This document shows positions 30,999 through 44,600 of a stretch of 64,000 nt of DNA, in pieces; the stretch's first letter is position 1, and each line of letters begins with the position of its first letter. The translations under genes and the position numbers were made by a program. The notes beneath the pieces were generated by a model. The model was not told the DNA's origin and made no database searches. It saw nothing but the letters and a program-made list of their open reading frames with translations. Source of the stretch: a virus; the IMG/VR virus record IMGVR_UViG_3300008110_000181, positions 1-64,000 of that record; one strand, 5' to 3'.

Positions 30999-32561
30999 TT
31001 AAAATTCCAGAATAATTTTAACGTCTTCTTTTTGTCTAAGATTTCTTGCCACCAGAGGTCTATTATCGATGTAAATAACATCTCCTGACTTTTTATTTAT
31101 CTCTGGTTCTGCAAGTCCATTTGTAAATAATACTCCTAGATCTATTACTTTATTTCCTACTGTAACTTTATTATCATTAAATGAAGTATTGATTGGTGCA
31201 TTAAAACCAGATGTTATAAAAAAGATATTGTTTGCGGATGATTCAAATTCGTTAATTTTTGATTTTGTCGTAATATTCGAATTATCAGTCTCATTAGACT
31301 TATTTGGATAATATAATGATCTATCTCTGAAATACTTTAGAACTAATGTATCACTATCATATGATGCTACATATCCTCTAGCAATTGTTCCATCAGATCT
31401 AGTTTGATTTATTTCTTCACCAATTACTGGTTTTTGACCAATAGAATTTAATTTTATTGAATACAATCCAGAAAAAGCATTTTCATCAAAAATAGTACTA
31501 GATGCACCATATTTTGGATTTTTTAAAATACCAATTTGAGCAAACTTAGTGTCAATCGGAACATCTTTCGTTGAATCATCAAATCTTGCATAAATCAAAA
31601 CTCTATCAGCACCCAATTCTCTATAAACATCATATCCATGACCGTTAGAGGGTGGAATGATGGGTATTAATTTTGCATTTTGTGATAAAGTTCCTGTTCT
31701 TAGAGCACCCAGATCAACAATACCGTAAGTATAACCCTTCCCGCCTGCAGTAACAACGGCAGATTTAATTGAACTATTTTCTACCGTAACTAGTACCGTT
31801 GCTCCAGACCCATCACCATTAATTGAACAAGTATATGTACCATTAACATATCCATCACCAGCAGTATCAATATAAACTTTCTTGATTTGATTTTCTTCTA
31901 TTTCAGAATTGCCAGCATTTCGAATTCTTTGAATTTCACTATCAGTGTCAGTTTCCCAATTGTTAGGTAAGATTATATATTCTGTAGAATCAAACTTGAT
32001 AATGTCTGACGGAGAAACTGTAAATAAGTATTTCCAAACATAACCATCATTACTTGATCCAGCAGCAGAAGGTTCCGCATCAATAAATGATGGTTCATCT
32101 TGTGACTTATTTCCTAGTAAATTAGTACCAGAAGAACCATTATCAATGCAAATATAAACTCTATAGTTGCTGTTAATTACATAAAAATCCGAATCAAATA
32201 ATCTTGGTAGGTTGGAGTTAGGGGTTAAATTTGTAATACTATAATCATGACGATACATATCATATCTTGTATTAGAAGTCCAATTGACTTTTCTAACTAC
32301 TCTTCTAACATTTGCTGGTGTAATTTTTTTACCAAATAAAAGAGTATCTCTATAATGTGAAAGATACTGTAAATTGTCAGTTGGTGATGGTGGGTTTGAA
32401 TCCCATGTTGTTTCCGTACCTACAGTACCACTTGTTCTACTAAAACCACCATCATTAGGATTTGCTAATCCCAAAAAAACATAGTAGGAGTTAGTATTAA
32501 CAGAATCAACAAAATTTCCTGCATTAAATATTCTAAATTGATCTGTTATTATAGATGCCAT
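30999..32561 (-). CDS. gp8: Baseplate wedge subunit
   Basis: IITDQFRI, RVYICIDN, DGYVWKYLF, QKEDVKIILEF. Confidence 0.92.
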   Translation of the reverse strand: MASIITDQFRIFNAGNFVDSVNTNSYYVFLGLANPNDGGFSRTSGTVGTETTWDSNPPSPTDNLQYLSHYRDTLLFGKKITPANVRRVVRKVNWTSNTRYDMYRHDYSITNLTPNSNLPRLFDSDFYVINSNYRVYICIDNGSSGTNLLGNKSQDEPSFIDAEPSAAGSSNDGYVWKYLFTVSPSDIIKFDSTEYIILPNNWETDTDSEIQRIRNAGNSEIEENQIKKVYIDTAGDGYVNGTYTCSINGDGSGATVLVTVENSSIKSAVVTAGGKGYTYGIVDLGALRTGTLSQNAKLIPIIPPSNGHGYDVYRELGADRVLIYARFDDSTKDVPIDTKFAQIGILKNPKYGASSTIFDENAFSGLYSIKLNSIGQKPVIGEEINQTRSDGTIARGYVASYDSDTLVLKYFRDRSLYYPNKSNETDNSNITTKSKINEFESSANNIFFITSGFNAPINTSFNDNKVTVGNKVIDLGVLFTNGLAEPEINKKSGDVIYIDNRPLVARNLRQKEDVKIILEF

Positions 32562-32609
32562 GCTAATAGTTTTTTATATATTTATAAACCATTTCGATGA
32601 GTAACTATT

Positions 32610-35600
32610 TTATGTCAGTTGTTTTGGTAAAGCACCAGTATCATAAACCAATTTCAATCCAATAGATCTTCTTTGTACCGTTGGATATGTTGTCAATCCA
32701 ACATCAACTGTATTTGTTGTAACAGCAATTGAAACTGGATTAGTTCCTCTGGTAAATCCAGATAATCTTCCCCATGAAAATTTGCCAACTGGTCTTAATT
32801 CAGTTCCTGATGTAGAAAGACCTGCTATATTAGCATTAGAGTGTACGTTACATGTTATAATTCCAGCATTATCATCACCCACAACCCCAGACCAAGCACT
32901 TACATGATAAACACAATCTAGATAACTAGTTCCAATACCAACAACATTAGTATTAGAACTATTTGTGGCAGTTATACCATTACCAATTCTTGTATCATAT
33001 ATGTAAATTGGATATCCAGTAGATAGACCTGCTGTAACAAAAGTATCTGAATCTAAGTTATTAACAAAGAATTTTAATGCTTTTGAAGTTCCTATTCCGG
33101 TTGTAGTTCCTATGCCCGTAATTACTCCGCAGAATCCATTAACCGTAGTCACTGACTTAAGAGTTTCAATCAATCTTGGACCAGTGGTTGATAATCCTAC
33201 CGTGCTAGAACTTCCAACAATTAAGAGATCAAATGATTTTGCAGCAATTTGATTGTTATAGTTAAAGAAAGTTGCATTATCTACAAATATTTCTGTACTT
33301 GATGTTGTTATACCCGATATGACCTTTGCAGTTGGATAAACTTGTCCTTCAATAGAGTCTCTGGTTTTATATACTGTTTGTCCAAATACAATTCTATCTC
33401 TCTTTTGTTTGGTCCAGTTAATTGGTTTTGAATTAATTTCATCAATACCAGATCCACTGTACAAATCCGTTTCAATTCTATCAGCAAATTCTATATTTTG
33501 TACAAGTCTTTCGTTTTGCGTAATTGTATTTGGATATGCATTATTTTTGATTATTTGTACAGTATCACCTATTTTAATTGTTTGTGGAATATCAGAATTT
33601 AGCACACTATCTGAACCAATAGTCCCTCTATAGAAGAAAATTGCGATATTATCTTCTGGTTTTGGTGCGCTAGTGAATACAAATGTAGTGCCACCATTAA
33701 AATCATATGATTTGCCTGGTTCTTGTAAAATTCCATTAACAAAAATTACAAGCAAATTCTTCATATCCAGATCATAATTTTTATCTTTTTCAAAACTTAA
33801 TAACTGACCATTGTAATATAATGGGAAAGCAAGTCTAAATCCATCTTGATATGCAGCAATAGAATCAATGTAATCCAGATTACCAAATTGCCATAGTGCA
33901 AAAGAATCTGTAAATGTATCTAAAACAGTTAATTCAAAATTAGATAATGGTTCACTCAGTCTTGCATCAGTTACAAGTCCAACAGGTCTGATTACATCAC
34001 CCCTCTTAAATGAGTATCCAGGTCTTGTGATAGTGAAATTTTTGATACTAAACAAAGATCCTGGTGCAACAGTTTTAGTTGCAGGTACTGTTGCAGTTGC
34101 ACCATATGAAATTACATTTGCAATAGTTCCTGTAACAATACCAACATAAGATCCAATTGCTGATGCAACGTTTGCACACTCACCACTAAATGTGTACACC
34201 CCTGGTAATTGGGATACATCTCCAATAATAGTATTGTCAATTACTTGCACTTCAGTCGTATATCCACCTGTATCGACGACTTCATTTCTCATTACCTGAA
34301 TTGCAATATCTCTTGCTTGGTTAAATGCAAATATTGACTGCTGCTCTTCACCAGCCAGTAATGTTTGATTTGTTTTGTATATATTTGCTGCTTCCCAAAC
34401 TTGATCATTTCCACCAAATCTTAAATTGTATAAAACTGTTTCTAGAACAGCTTTGATGTCATCTGTACACTCTTTATTACCACCTGGTACTGTAAAACCA
34501 GGATAGTTTGCTAACATTCTACCGACCGCAATATCAGCAATAAACTGTAAGTTTCTAGAAATTAAATTAGCAGCATCATAGAATCTACCTCCAGCATAAT
34601 ATGGATTACTATCAACATCCAAACTTAGTACCAATCCAACTCCTGTTTGTGTTGTAGATCCTATACCAATACGGGAAACTCCTTGTACAGGTAGATTTGC
34701 GTAAGATGGGTCTGGAAGGAACACTTCACATGGTGTAATAGTGCTATAACCACTTCCACCAGTGTTAACTGTAAAGGAGAGAGTTCCACCAGCACCTACA
34801 TTGGCAGTTATAGATGCTATTGTACCACTATGACCAGATTGTGTTATGGCAACAGATACAGGTCCTCTATATCCAGAACCAATATTTAAATTATACCAAG
34901 GGAATACTGTACCAAAACCAATATATGTATGCGGTAATGTACTTGTCCCAACTTTTGCAGTAAACGTAGTACTTGATGCGACACTGACAATTGGGAAAAA
35001 TGTCTCCAATCTAGATACGGTATCTCTTGGGAAAAATGACGTAACCCCAGCATTAGATGGGCAAGTAAAACCTAAACCAACCAGTCTTACCAAATCACTT
35101 TCAGATAATCTATGTGGTTGTGTCGTTGTTATTTCAATTATTCCAGAGAAATTGTTATAACTTGCAGTGCTTACAGATACTGCAGTTCCGGTATATGATG
35201 TCCCAACAACAGAAGTAATTGTACCTGCAGCACTAACAATTGGTTTTACTATTGCCCCAACTAATGGTGCATAACCAATCCCAAGTGTTGAACCTATAGA
35301 GACTATTAAACCACCTCTAGGTCTGTCATTTTGATTAATATCATATTCAGATACAATATCAACTTCTGCACCACCTCCTGGTCTAATGCCTGAGAACACA
35401 ACACTCGTTATTCCAGCATTTTCTCTAAGTGCAAAATTATTTTTAGGGTTATTACTTGTTGTAGGAGTTTGGAATATGCCGTTGATTAATAGCAATCCAT
35501 TTCCACCACTTGTTCCTAGACCTACTGTATTTGCACTGCCAACTGTCAATGTAAATGTTCTACCGATTCCATTGAATTTTGTTGAAATATCATCATAAAT

Positions 35601-38600
35601 GATATTTGTAGTATAATCATTTCTTAAGAAAACTCTTCCTGTAAAATCAGACTTAATTGAATCTAAATTACTTTGATCTTTTTCTTCTTGAACATTGCCC
35701 TTTGGTGGGTCAGCAAAATATAAAATATTTTGGACAATGTTAAAAGCACCAACATTTACAGATACTTGGGCACCTGCAGAGTGTGAGGTTGAGGCAGTTC
35801 CTAAGTAACCTCTCGTTACTGTTACTAATGGATAAGTGCCAATTCCATTTACGGGACCAGTTGATGTTGTTCCAAATCCAACACTAATTACACCCATATA
35901 TTCATTATCAACTTTTATAATATCTTTAGGTACAATGGTGCTAATTCCAGTAACTTGGAAAGACGATTGACCAGCACCTATAGTGTTATTCAACTGATAA
36001 TATATTTGCTTAGGGAATATTGGATATTGAATTACATCGTCTATTGTTATTACACATTTTTCATTTTTCTTCTTCATTTCTAAAACATGTGCGTTACCTT
36101 CACCAGCAGATGTAAACGTAACGGCTGTTCCAGTTTTTGTGGTTGAAATTTGGAAAGAATCTTCCGTTTTATTAACAACATAAACTGTTGATGGTAAGAT
36201 CCCTGTAGCAATACCAGATTTATATGTTAATGCAACTGTTCCAATACCTATTATTGTTGATTTAGGTGTGTAAATTAACTCTTCATCTTCACTAAAGAAA
36301 TGCTTTGATGATTTAAATGTCCCAGTGGTTAAATCTAAATCGTCAGGGTCACTTGTATCAAATTCTCTAGCAAAAATTGGTAATTCATCAGAGAACATTA
36401 CAAAATCTGTTTTATTGATTCTTCCACCATTAAATGAGTTATAAAACTTGACAATTACGGAATCTCTTGTGAATGTTAATCCATTACTGTCTTTATAATT
36501 TAATGGTGGTGCAATATTAATTGCATCAGTAATAGTATACAACAATTTATTAAAACTTGATAATTTAACAGTTCCTGATAGATTGTTATCTGGATAGAAT
36601 GTCAAAATAACATTTCCACCGGAAATATTCCCACCAAAAGTACCTAACCCAAGTCTAGTATCATTTGTTGAAATACCACTAACTGATAAAAATGGTAGTT
36701 GTTTTACATATACTGAAGAACCATCATGAATTGTTAAAACTTGATGAACTGCTTTAGTAGAACCAATACTTACTTCTACTAGAGATTTGCTCGAATTAAA
36801 TAAGGTGTAATTGTATGAAGATACTACTAATGGATTAGTGGTTAATCCCGATGTAGCATATGAGTCGTATATTGCACTTCTCTCTGAACCATTTGGAGTT
36901 CCAGATGTTTTAAACCTATATGTCGAAATACCAATTGTTGTAGTTCCAAAACCAACAATATTTGCCTTAACTGAAACATTATTTTGGGAAGTTAGATTTT
37001 CAAAATCTAATGATAAGACATTAGAACTTAAATTGGCTGCAAATGATCCAATAAATCCAGCAGTATATCCATTTTCATCTGCACCAAAGTCATCAAAGTA
37101 AAATTCAGAAATAAAAGTATCACTATTATCATGAGTCACATATAACTCAGAATATTGCATCTTGTTACTAACAGTATCGGTTATATGTACAGATGCATGG
37201 AGAGATTTAAATACTGACGCATCTACAGATAAAATATTGGTTGTAAGACCAACTGTAGTGCTTAATCCAGATGTACTTTTTATGGAGTTAAATTTTGTAA
37301 TAAATCCTATCGAAGTTGATGCCACTCCAATTGCATTAGTTTGGAACGACTTTTGTATAAATTTAATATCATAATCCGTATTTGCAAAATCTACAGGTGC
37401 AAATCTTAAATTGACTTCAGTATTTTTTGTTTCTAAAGAAAACTCACCAATCTTTTCTCCAGCATATTCTGTAGATCCAATTCCTGCAGTGACAATTGTG
37501 CCTTTCTCTAGTAAGAAAGCATCAGATCCATTATTTACAACAACTAAATCTGTCAATTGAACTTTAGAGCCATCACTAGTTGATATTTTTACAAGAGCAT
37601 CCAAGTACTGAATATTGGATGTAGATAAATTGATTATATCAAGATATTGATTTAAATTTGAATCTAAATTTGAAAACTGTTTATTGATATTATCAATTTT
37701 TAAAACTCTATTGGTTTTGTTGCTAATAAATGGAGTTAAAAGTTTACTATCAAATTTTATAAACTTTGAATAACCATTAAATGAACCAATATCTTTTACA
37801 AGATCAAAACCATAAACAGTTTCAGTTCTTTGCTCAGTAATAATATCTTTTATTGCAATGGTAGAGTCTTCACTAGTAAATGTGAAATTACGTGATGAAG
37901 TTATGCCAGTATCATTAAAGTTTTTTGTACCAATCGTATGCAAGAAATTATTTACAACTGTTTTAGATTGATCATATGTAATAGGGCTCTTAATTGTATA
38001 TGATAAATTTTGATAATAATCATTATCAGGAACAACTTGTATGTCATTATTTAATTTACCGATATTATTTGCCCATCCAGTATTTGTTTTTGTTGCATAA
38101 TCTATCTCAAATTGTCCAAAATTCTCTCTAATTTCAGAGATAGTTACAATAGTTCCAGATTGTTTCCCAGTAATTTTTTCTCCAACATTTAATTCATATG
38201 AACCAAAAACTTTTATGTATGAATTATTAAAAGAAGTTACTTTTAAATCTCTCTCTATTCCATTTGAGAACACTTTTTCATTTAAAGCAAATCCCAATTT
38301 CTCCTTAGTTAATTCAAATTCTGGATAGATTTTTCTATTAACTATTACTGGAACAAAATCCTGAATTGTTTTTGGCGTCCCAACATCATCTGTTAATGCT
38401 GATGCGTCTACTCTTATTCTTGCTAATAAACCTGTAGTATTAAAATCAATTACCTTAAAGAACTTATAACCATAATTTTCAGAATTAAATCCGTTACCAG
38501 AAAGACTGGTATTTTTCTGAATACCTTCGATAAAGACTTCATCTCCAGGAGCAAAGGGTGCAGTCACAAATCCATCGGTTGGTTGTGAAATATAAACATC

Positions 38601-41600
38601 AAAAATTACCGAAGAATAATATTCAATCTTTTGAATACTGAATCCATTTGTGTTATTTGTTGCTGCTAATTTTATTTCTGTATCTACAAGACCTTTTGGT
38701 TTTTGAATAATAGCAACTGAAGATACTGAACTACCAGATAATCTAGCTTCTAAAATTCCTGTATCTAATTTTTGACCCGTTAGAACATCAACTATTACTA
38801 TACTTGGTGCATTAGTATAATTTGAACCACCTTTTAGAACAGAAATATCTTTAATTGTATTTGCATCTTTAATGAATATTTGTGGTGAAATATACGCAGA
38901 TGGTTTTAACGTAATATCAGATTGATATGAAAAACCTTCATTAATTATATTAACTTCCTTTATGTCACCAATTGTTTTTGAATCTAAAATAATATTTGCA
39001 TCAATACCATCATCTGTTACAATTTCATTTAAAACTGGAACTGTATTATAATCTGATTTTGATGATGTTATCTCAATCTGATGAATTGGTCCCTTAGTAG
39101 TCTTAGATGAAGTGACATATTCTAAACTTTGACACTCTGTACTAGCATAAGATAGTCTCTCCGGTAATCTCTTTAAGAAAATATTGAAGGTTGTGGATGC
39201 TACCCCTACCACAGTATATGTGTCACTTTCTATGAATAGACTATCTTCATAAGAAATTGATGAATTTTGCTTAACATCAAAGTCTGAATTTATAACTTTA
39301 CCATCTTTTTCTAAACCATAATATAATCTTTGTGGAATCTGATCATCAAAAATAATTTTTAAAGATGCATTTGTACTAATTCCAGGATTTCCTACCCTGT
39401 AACTATTAAACGAACTAGTAGAAGCTGTTGAAACAAATTCATGTATAAATGATTTGTCAAAATAAACTTTAAAATCATAACCAGAGAGAGAAGGATCTAA
39501 TAGATCAAAATTGATAGAATTATTTTTAGTTACTTTTATTTCTGGGTTAATCAATCCAACTGATTGACCCTCCATACCACTAAACCCAATACTGACAGTA
39601 TTTGGTGGATCAACGGTGCAATCTTTGTAGGTTAATGCCAGTTGAATATTATCTTTATCAACTCTAACAATATAATATTCACCATCATCTAATGGTTGTA
39701 ATAAATTGTTACTGTTACTTGTATATAATACTTTGTCTCCAGTTTTAAATCTATGATTTATTAGTCTAATAGTACCTCTTAAAGAAGATGGGTTATATAC
39801 TCCAGGTTTACCTAGTCCATCTGTATTTGTAAATCTCTTAAGAAGTTCTCCATCAATTGAGGCATCTACTATTCCACTATTATTAATATCATAAGTTGTG
39901 CTGCCAATGCCAACATTAGAAGTTAAAGAGTTTATATAAGACCTTATTGATGTTGCCGTTCTTCTTGTGGCATTTCCTGGGAATATCACATCTTTAATCA
40001 GAGCATCTCCAGTAAATCCAACTCCAATCATTTCTCTAGTAGCCACTAGAGCATCGTTGTAACTTACTACACCATCACCATCTAAGTCAAATTTTGAGTA
40101 ATTACTCCAAATAAAATCGTAAACATCTTGCCCACTTCTATTGCCAGTAGTTCCAAGTCCCACCGTAAATCCTAACCCCACCAATACTCCGATTGATGGT
40201 TGTTGAGTGGGTTTTGTATAATAAAAATTTGAAACTGTTATAGATGTAGAACCAAATCCAACAGGATCTAAAACAAGTTTTTGATAGTCTTCATTAAAAG
40301 AAACCCTAACAGATGTAGATTCTCCAGTTCCAATAGGACCTGGAGGTACTAATCCAATACCAACATTGAGATTTGGTTTAACATTTAATTTTACAGTATC
40401 ACCACTAATTAATCCATGAGAACTTGCGACAGAAACTGTTGTTTTAAATCTTGTTAAAGAACCCGTAATTTGATTAAAAGTACTTTCTAGCAAATAACGA
40501 TCATCATCATTTCCATTTGTATGGAAGAACAATTCTGGGGCATCAAAAGATGTTTTTAATCCAATACTATTGATTGTTTTATTAACAATGTAAAAATCTT
40601 GATATTGCCCGTTAATCGGTATACTAAATGTGGATGAACCGTTTGTTGAAACTGATATTGTACCAGAGGGTGGAGTAAATCTTACCTTTTGATTAGTTAT
40701 GAATGGATGATTTTCTAAGTAGATTGTCCTTGTTGGAATATCTCTAGATACTGTAAAATCAGCAAAATTAAATGATACTGACGTTCCATCTCCAGATCCA
40801 GTCCCAACACCGATAGATTCTCTAGGATTAAAATAAACTCTGTCATTCAATTTAGAATCAACATTATCTCCTAGATTTTTATCAATAGTAAATGAATTTG
40901 GTAGAAGTGAAATTTGTGCTTGGGCACTATGAGCAACTCCAACAGTATCTCTGTAAACTCGAATTATATTTTTTATTCTGAATAGATTTAAAACTTTTAC
41001 AACTTCTGTGCCAATTCCAATACTACTTCCTGCTGAAATTGTAGATGGTATTTGAGAAACATAAATTTCAGTTGAACCAATTGATACATTTGCAGGTATA
41101 TTCTTAGTTAAAGTTGTAGTTATAGAAGATACACCAATTTGATAAATTCCATCTAATTTTGTAAAAATAGTTGAAAAACCAGTTAATGAAATAAATTCAT
41201 TATTAAGTAAATCATGTGATGGCAATATAGAAAGTTGCAACTTTTCTGGATTAATCTGAGTAAGAATTACGTTATTGTAAACATCTTGGTTGCAAACAAT
41301 ATTTGTAACATCTTTACCTTTTAATGAAGATACTTTTGCTGATAAATCTTCTCCATCATCAGATTTAAATCTTAATATATCATTAATTTTATAATTATCC
41401 CCATCATTTACAATCTCATATGAATCTACATTTCCAGTGGAAACAGATTGTACTTTAACAACCTGATTTTTTAAATCCGAAAAACTTGAAAGAAAATCAT
41501 TTTCAACGTTTGGATCAATTAGTTTATATGGGTAAGTATTCCTTAAAACTCCAGATGTTGAAAAATCAAATAATTTTTGATTTAAGTATAAATTATCTTC

Positions 41601-44600
41601 AATCACATTTGATTTAAAAGCATCACCAATATAATATGGGAATTGAGGTTGGAAGCTAATATTATTGATTGGTGCAAAATAAGCATAAACACCAAGTGGA
41701 AATTCTGGTGTTTTGCAGAATCTTCCATTATTTTCATCAAGATCACCATTTTCCGTATATTTGTAATCCTCAACAAAAAATCCAGACACAAATCCAGAAG
41801 GACGATCAGTATAAGTAATGTCTAATTGATATCCAGATACAAGAGATTTTGGAGCAGAATTTACGTTCTGTGGATTGGTGTATCCATATGCACCATAAAT
41901 TGGATTGCCATCATATGCCCATCCGATAATTTTAGAGTGATTAGCACCGTTATCACTAAATGCATCTTGCAATTGCTTATTGTATGCAATAGATGCATAC
42001 TTTAAATCATTTTCTAGGGTTTCAGAAATAAATTCACTACCAAACCTAGATACATTATTTAAAGTTAAAGATCTAACTTCAGAATTAAAGAATCCATTTG
42101 AACCTGCAGAAACAACAGAAATTTTAGAAGTCGATGAATAACCTATACCAGAATTTATAACTTTAACTGACTTTATTCTTCCATTTTCTATAATTGGTAA
42201 AAATTCAGCTCCACTTCCCTTACCACTTGGATCTGTAACTACAATATCTGGTGTAGAATAATATTCTAATCCACCATATTCAATTTTTACGGTATTAATT
42301 CTTCCTTCACTAATATTTGGAGTAACTTTTGCATCTTTACCATTCTTAATTGTTATGATTGGTTTTTTCTCAAAATTTAATATTGTAGATCCATATCCAG
42401 TTCCAGATTCATATAGATATGCATCTATAATTTTTCCTCTAACTGATGGTGTTATATTTAAAACTTTTGTTGGTTGAACTGTAGATGCAATGCCTACAGA
42501 AGTGAACTCAACCGAAACCAAAATTGAGGGATAACTAAAATATTGATAACCAGAACCTTTTGATTTAAATTTAACATAATTTTTTCTTTCATAATTGGTT
42601 GCAACTGTTCCATTTATTCCAGCATCACAAATCCTAAATGAATTGTCATCTATTTTTAGAATATAAAACTGATTAGAAGTATCTGTTGAGACTCCAACTA
42701 TTGGACTTGTCTGATAATTATATACTACCAAATCACCATCATTAAATCCATGATTTGTGAAATTAACAGTATTACTTGATGTGGATATCCCCGATGGTTT
42801 TACAATCAACTTTCTATTAGTATAACCTTCTCCACCATCAATTATTTTAATTTCTGTTAAGGTTTTTTTATTTGATTTTGTATAAAACTTATGAACACCA
42901 AAATTATTATCAGTGTTAAACTTTATAGTATTAATACCAGTAGAGTAATCCTTTAGACTTGGATATAGTAATACTGTTCTTGGACTTGTGCTTTTTGGAT
43001 AATATGAAGAACTATCAATCAGAGTTGAAGTTCCTATTCCAACACCAATTCCTTTATTACCATTTGCATTATAGAAGATTTCTTCACCATCTGCAAAGAA
43101 ATGGTCTGTATCAAACGTTAGTTGCCCTGTAGTGGTGTTTATACCACCACCTGTAGTAGTTGCTCTACCATCAAAAAGAACTTCTCTAAGTCTTAGATTC
43201 AAGATAGGTTCTAAAACTGCCCCACGACCATTACCACCATTTACCCCAATAGAAACAATCCTATCAATGTCAAAATCTTGTGGATCAACGTATACTTTTT
43301 TAATTAAACCACTGATTACGGGTTGAATGAGTGCAGTAGTTCCAATACCAGCAGAGACAGAAATTTTTGGTAAATTGATAACATCATAATCTCTTCCACT
43401 GTTAATCACAGAAATTGACTTTAATGGTCCATAATAAATCTTATCCTGAGATTTATAACTATCAATTTCAACACCATTAACTAGCATTCCAACTGGACCT
43501 GGTAAAATTACTTTACTCTTATCATCAGTAACATTTGGATTAAAGTTAAGTGGGAACTTTTTCAGTAATTTTTGTGGTCCAATTACTCCAGATTTTTGCG
43601 ATGCAAGTGTAAAAGTATGTGTTCCTATTCCAGAATTATATGGAGATCTAAAAAGAACATAATTTGAACTTCCAATAAAAGATGAAGATGCATATAATCT
43701 TATTTTCTTTGCATCTGGAGACACCATTTCTACAAAATAAAATCCAGTATCTAATCCAACAAGAGTATCTGTGTTTGGTTTATAAAAAATTCTATCTCCA
43801 GTAATGAAAGTAATTGGATTTTCAAATGCTATTACACTATAATTAATATCAATTAAAGTTTCTAAAGCACCACTAGTATTATTAATTGTATAACTATCTA
43901 ACTTTTTAGTTATCTGATAATTATATGGAATACTAAATCCTCTATTACTAGATGGTAAAGAATTTGATGCAACGTATCCATAGTTTGTATCTGTATATAA
44001 GTTACTAATGTCAGATATTAAAGTATCGTTACCAAATTTTATAGGAGCATAAACACTACTTGCTTTATTAAGTTTTCTTCTTAAATCATATAATACACCA
44101 GATACGGGTGTAAAGTTTCCTAAAATCTTAATAGAAGTTGTATTTTCACCAATTTTCTCGTCAATATAAGAAGTAAATACGACGTTGTTTGTACCTCTTT
44201 GAACAATTTCTACTTGATCACCATGTTTAAAACTAGTTTGATCATCTTTTAAAATTGGTGACTTTAAATTTAATGATTTTGGACCATTGAAATTATCAAT
44301 ATGAAATCTTGAGTTTGCATTATATAACCAAGAATTTACAAAAACTTCTTTGAACGATTTATTAGAAAATCTAGTTTTTATAATTGGGTTGCCTAGACTT
44401 TTAATATTAATAGAATCTCCTTCTGCAACACCATTAAGATATTCCGAAATTTGTTCAAATTTTGCTAAAGACCCTAAAATGCTAAAAGTAACCTTCTTTG
44501 TTAGATCCCCATTTTCATACCCAAAATATATTTGATCATTACGAATATCTGCGGCAAATGGAATAGCAGTTTCTATACCAGAACAACCGAAAAATTGATT

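Noticed and set aside
166-44535. Numerous plus-strand ORFs in the track (e.g. 667..972, 7526..7945, 7635..7919, 26861..27172)
   Set aside because: Antisense shadows of well-supported minus-strand genes. The poly-Ser ORF simply mirrors the Glu-rich gp22.
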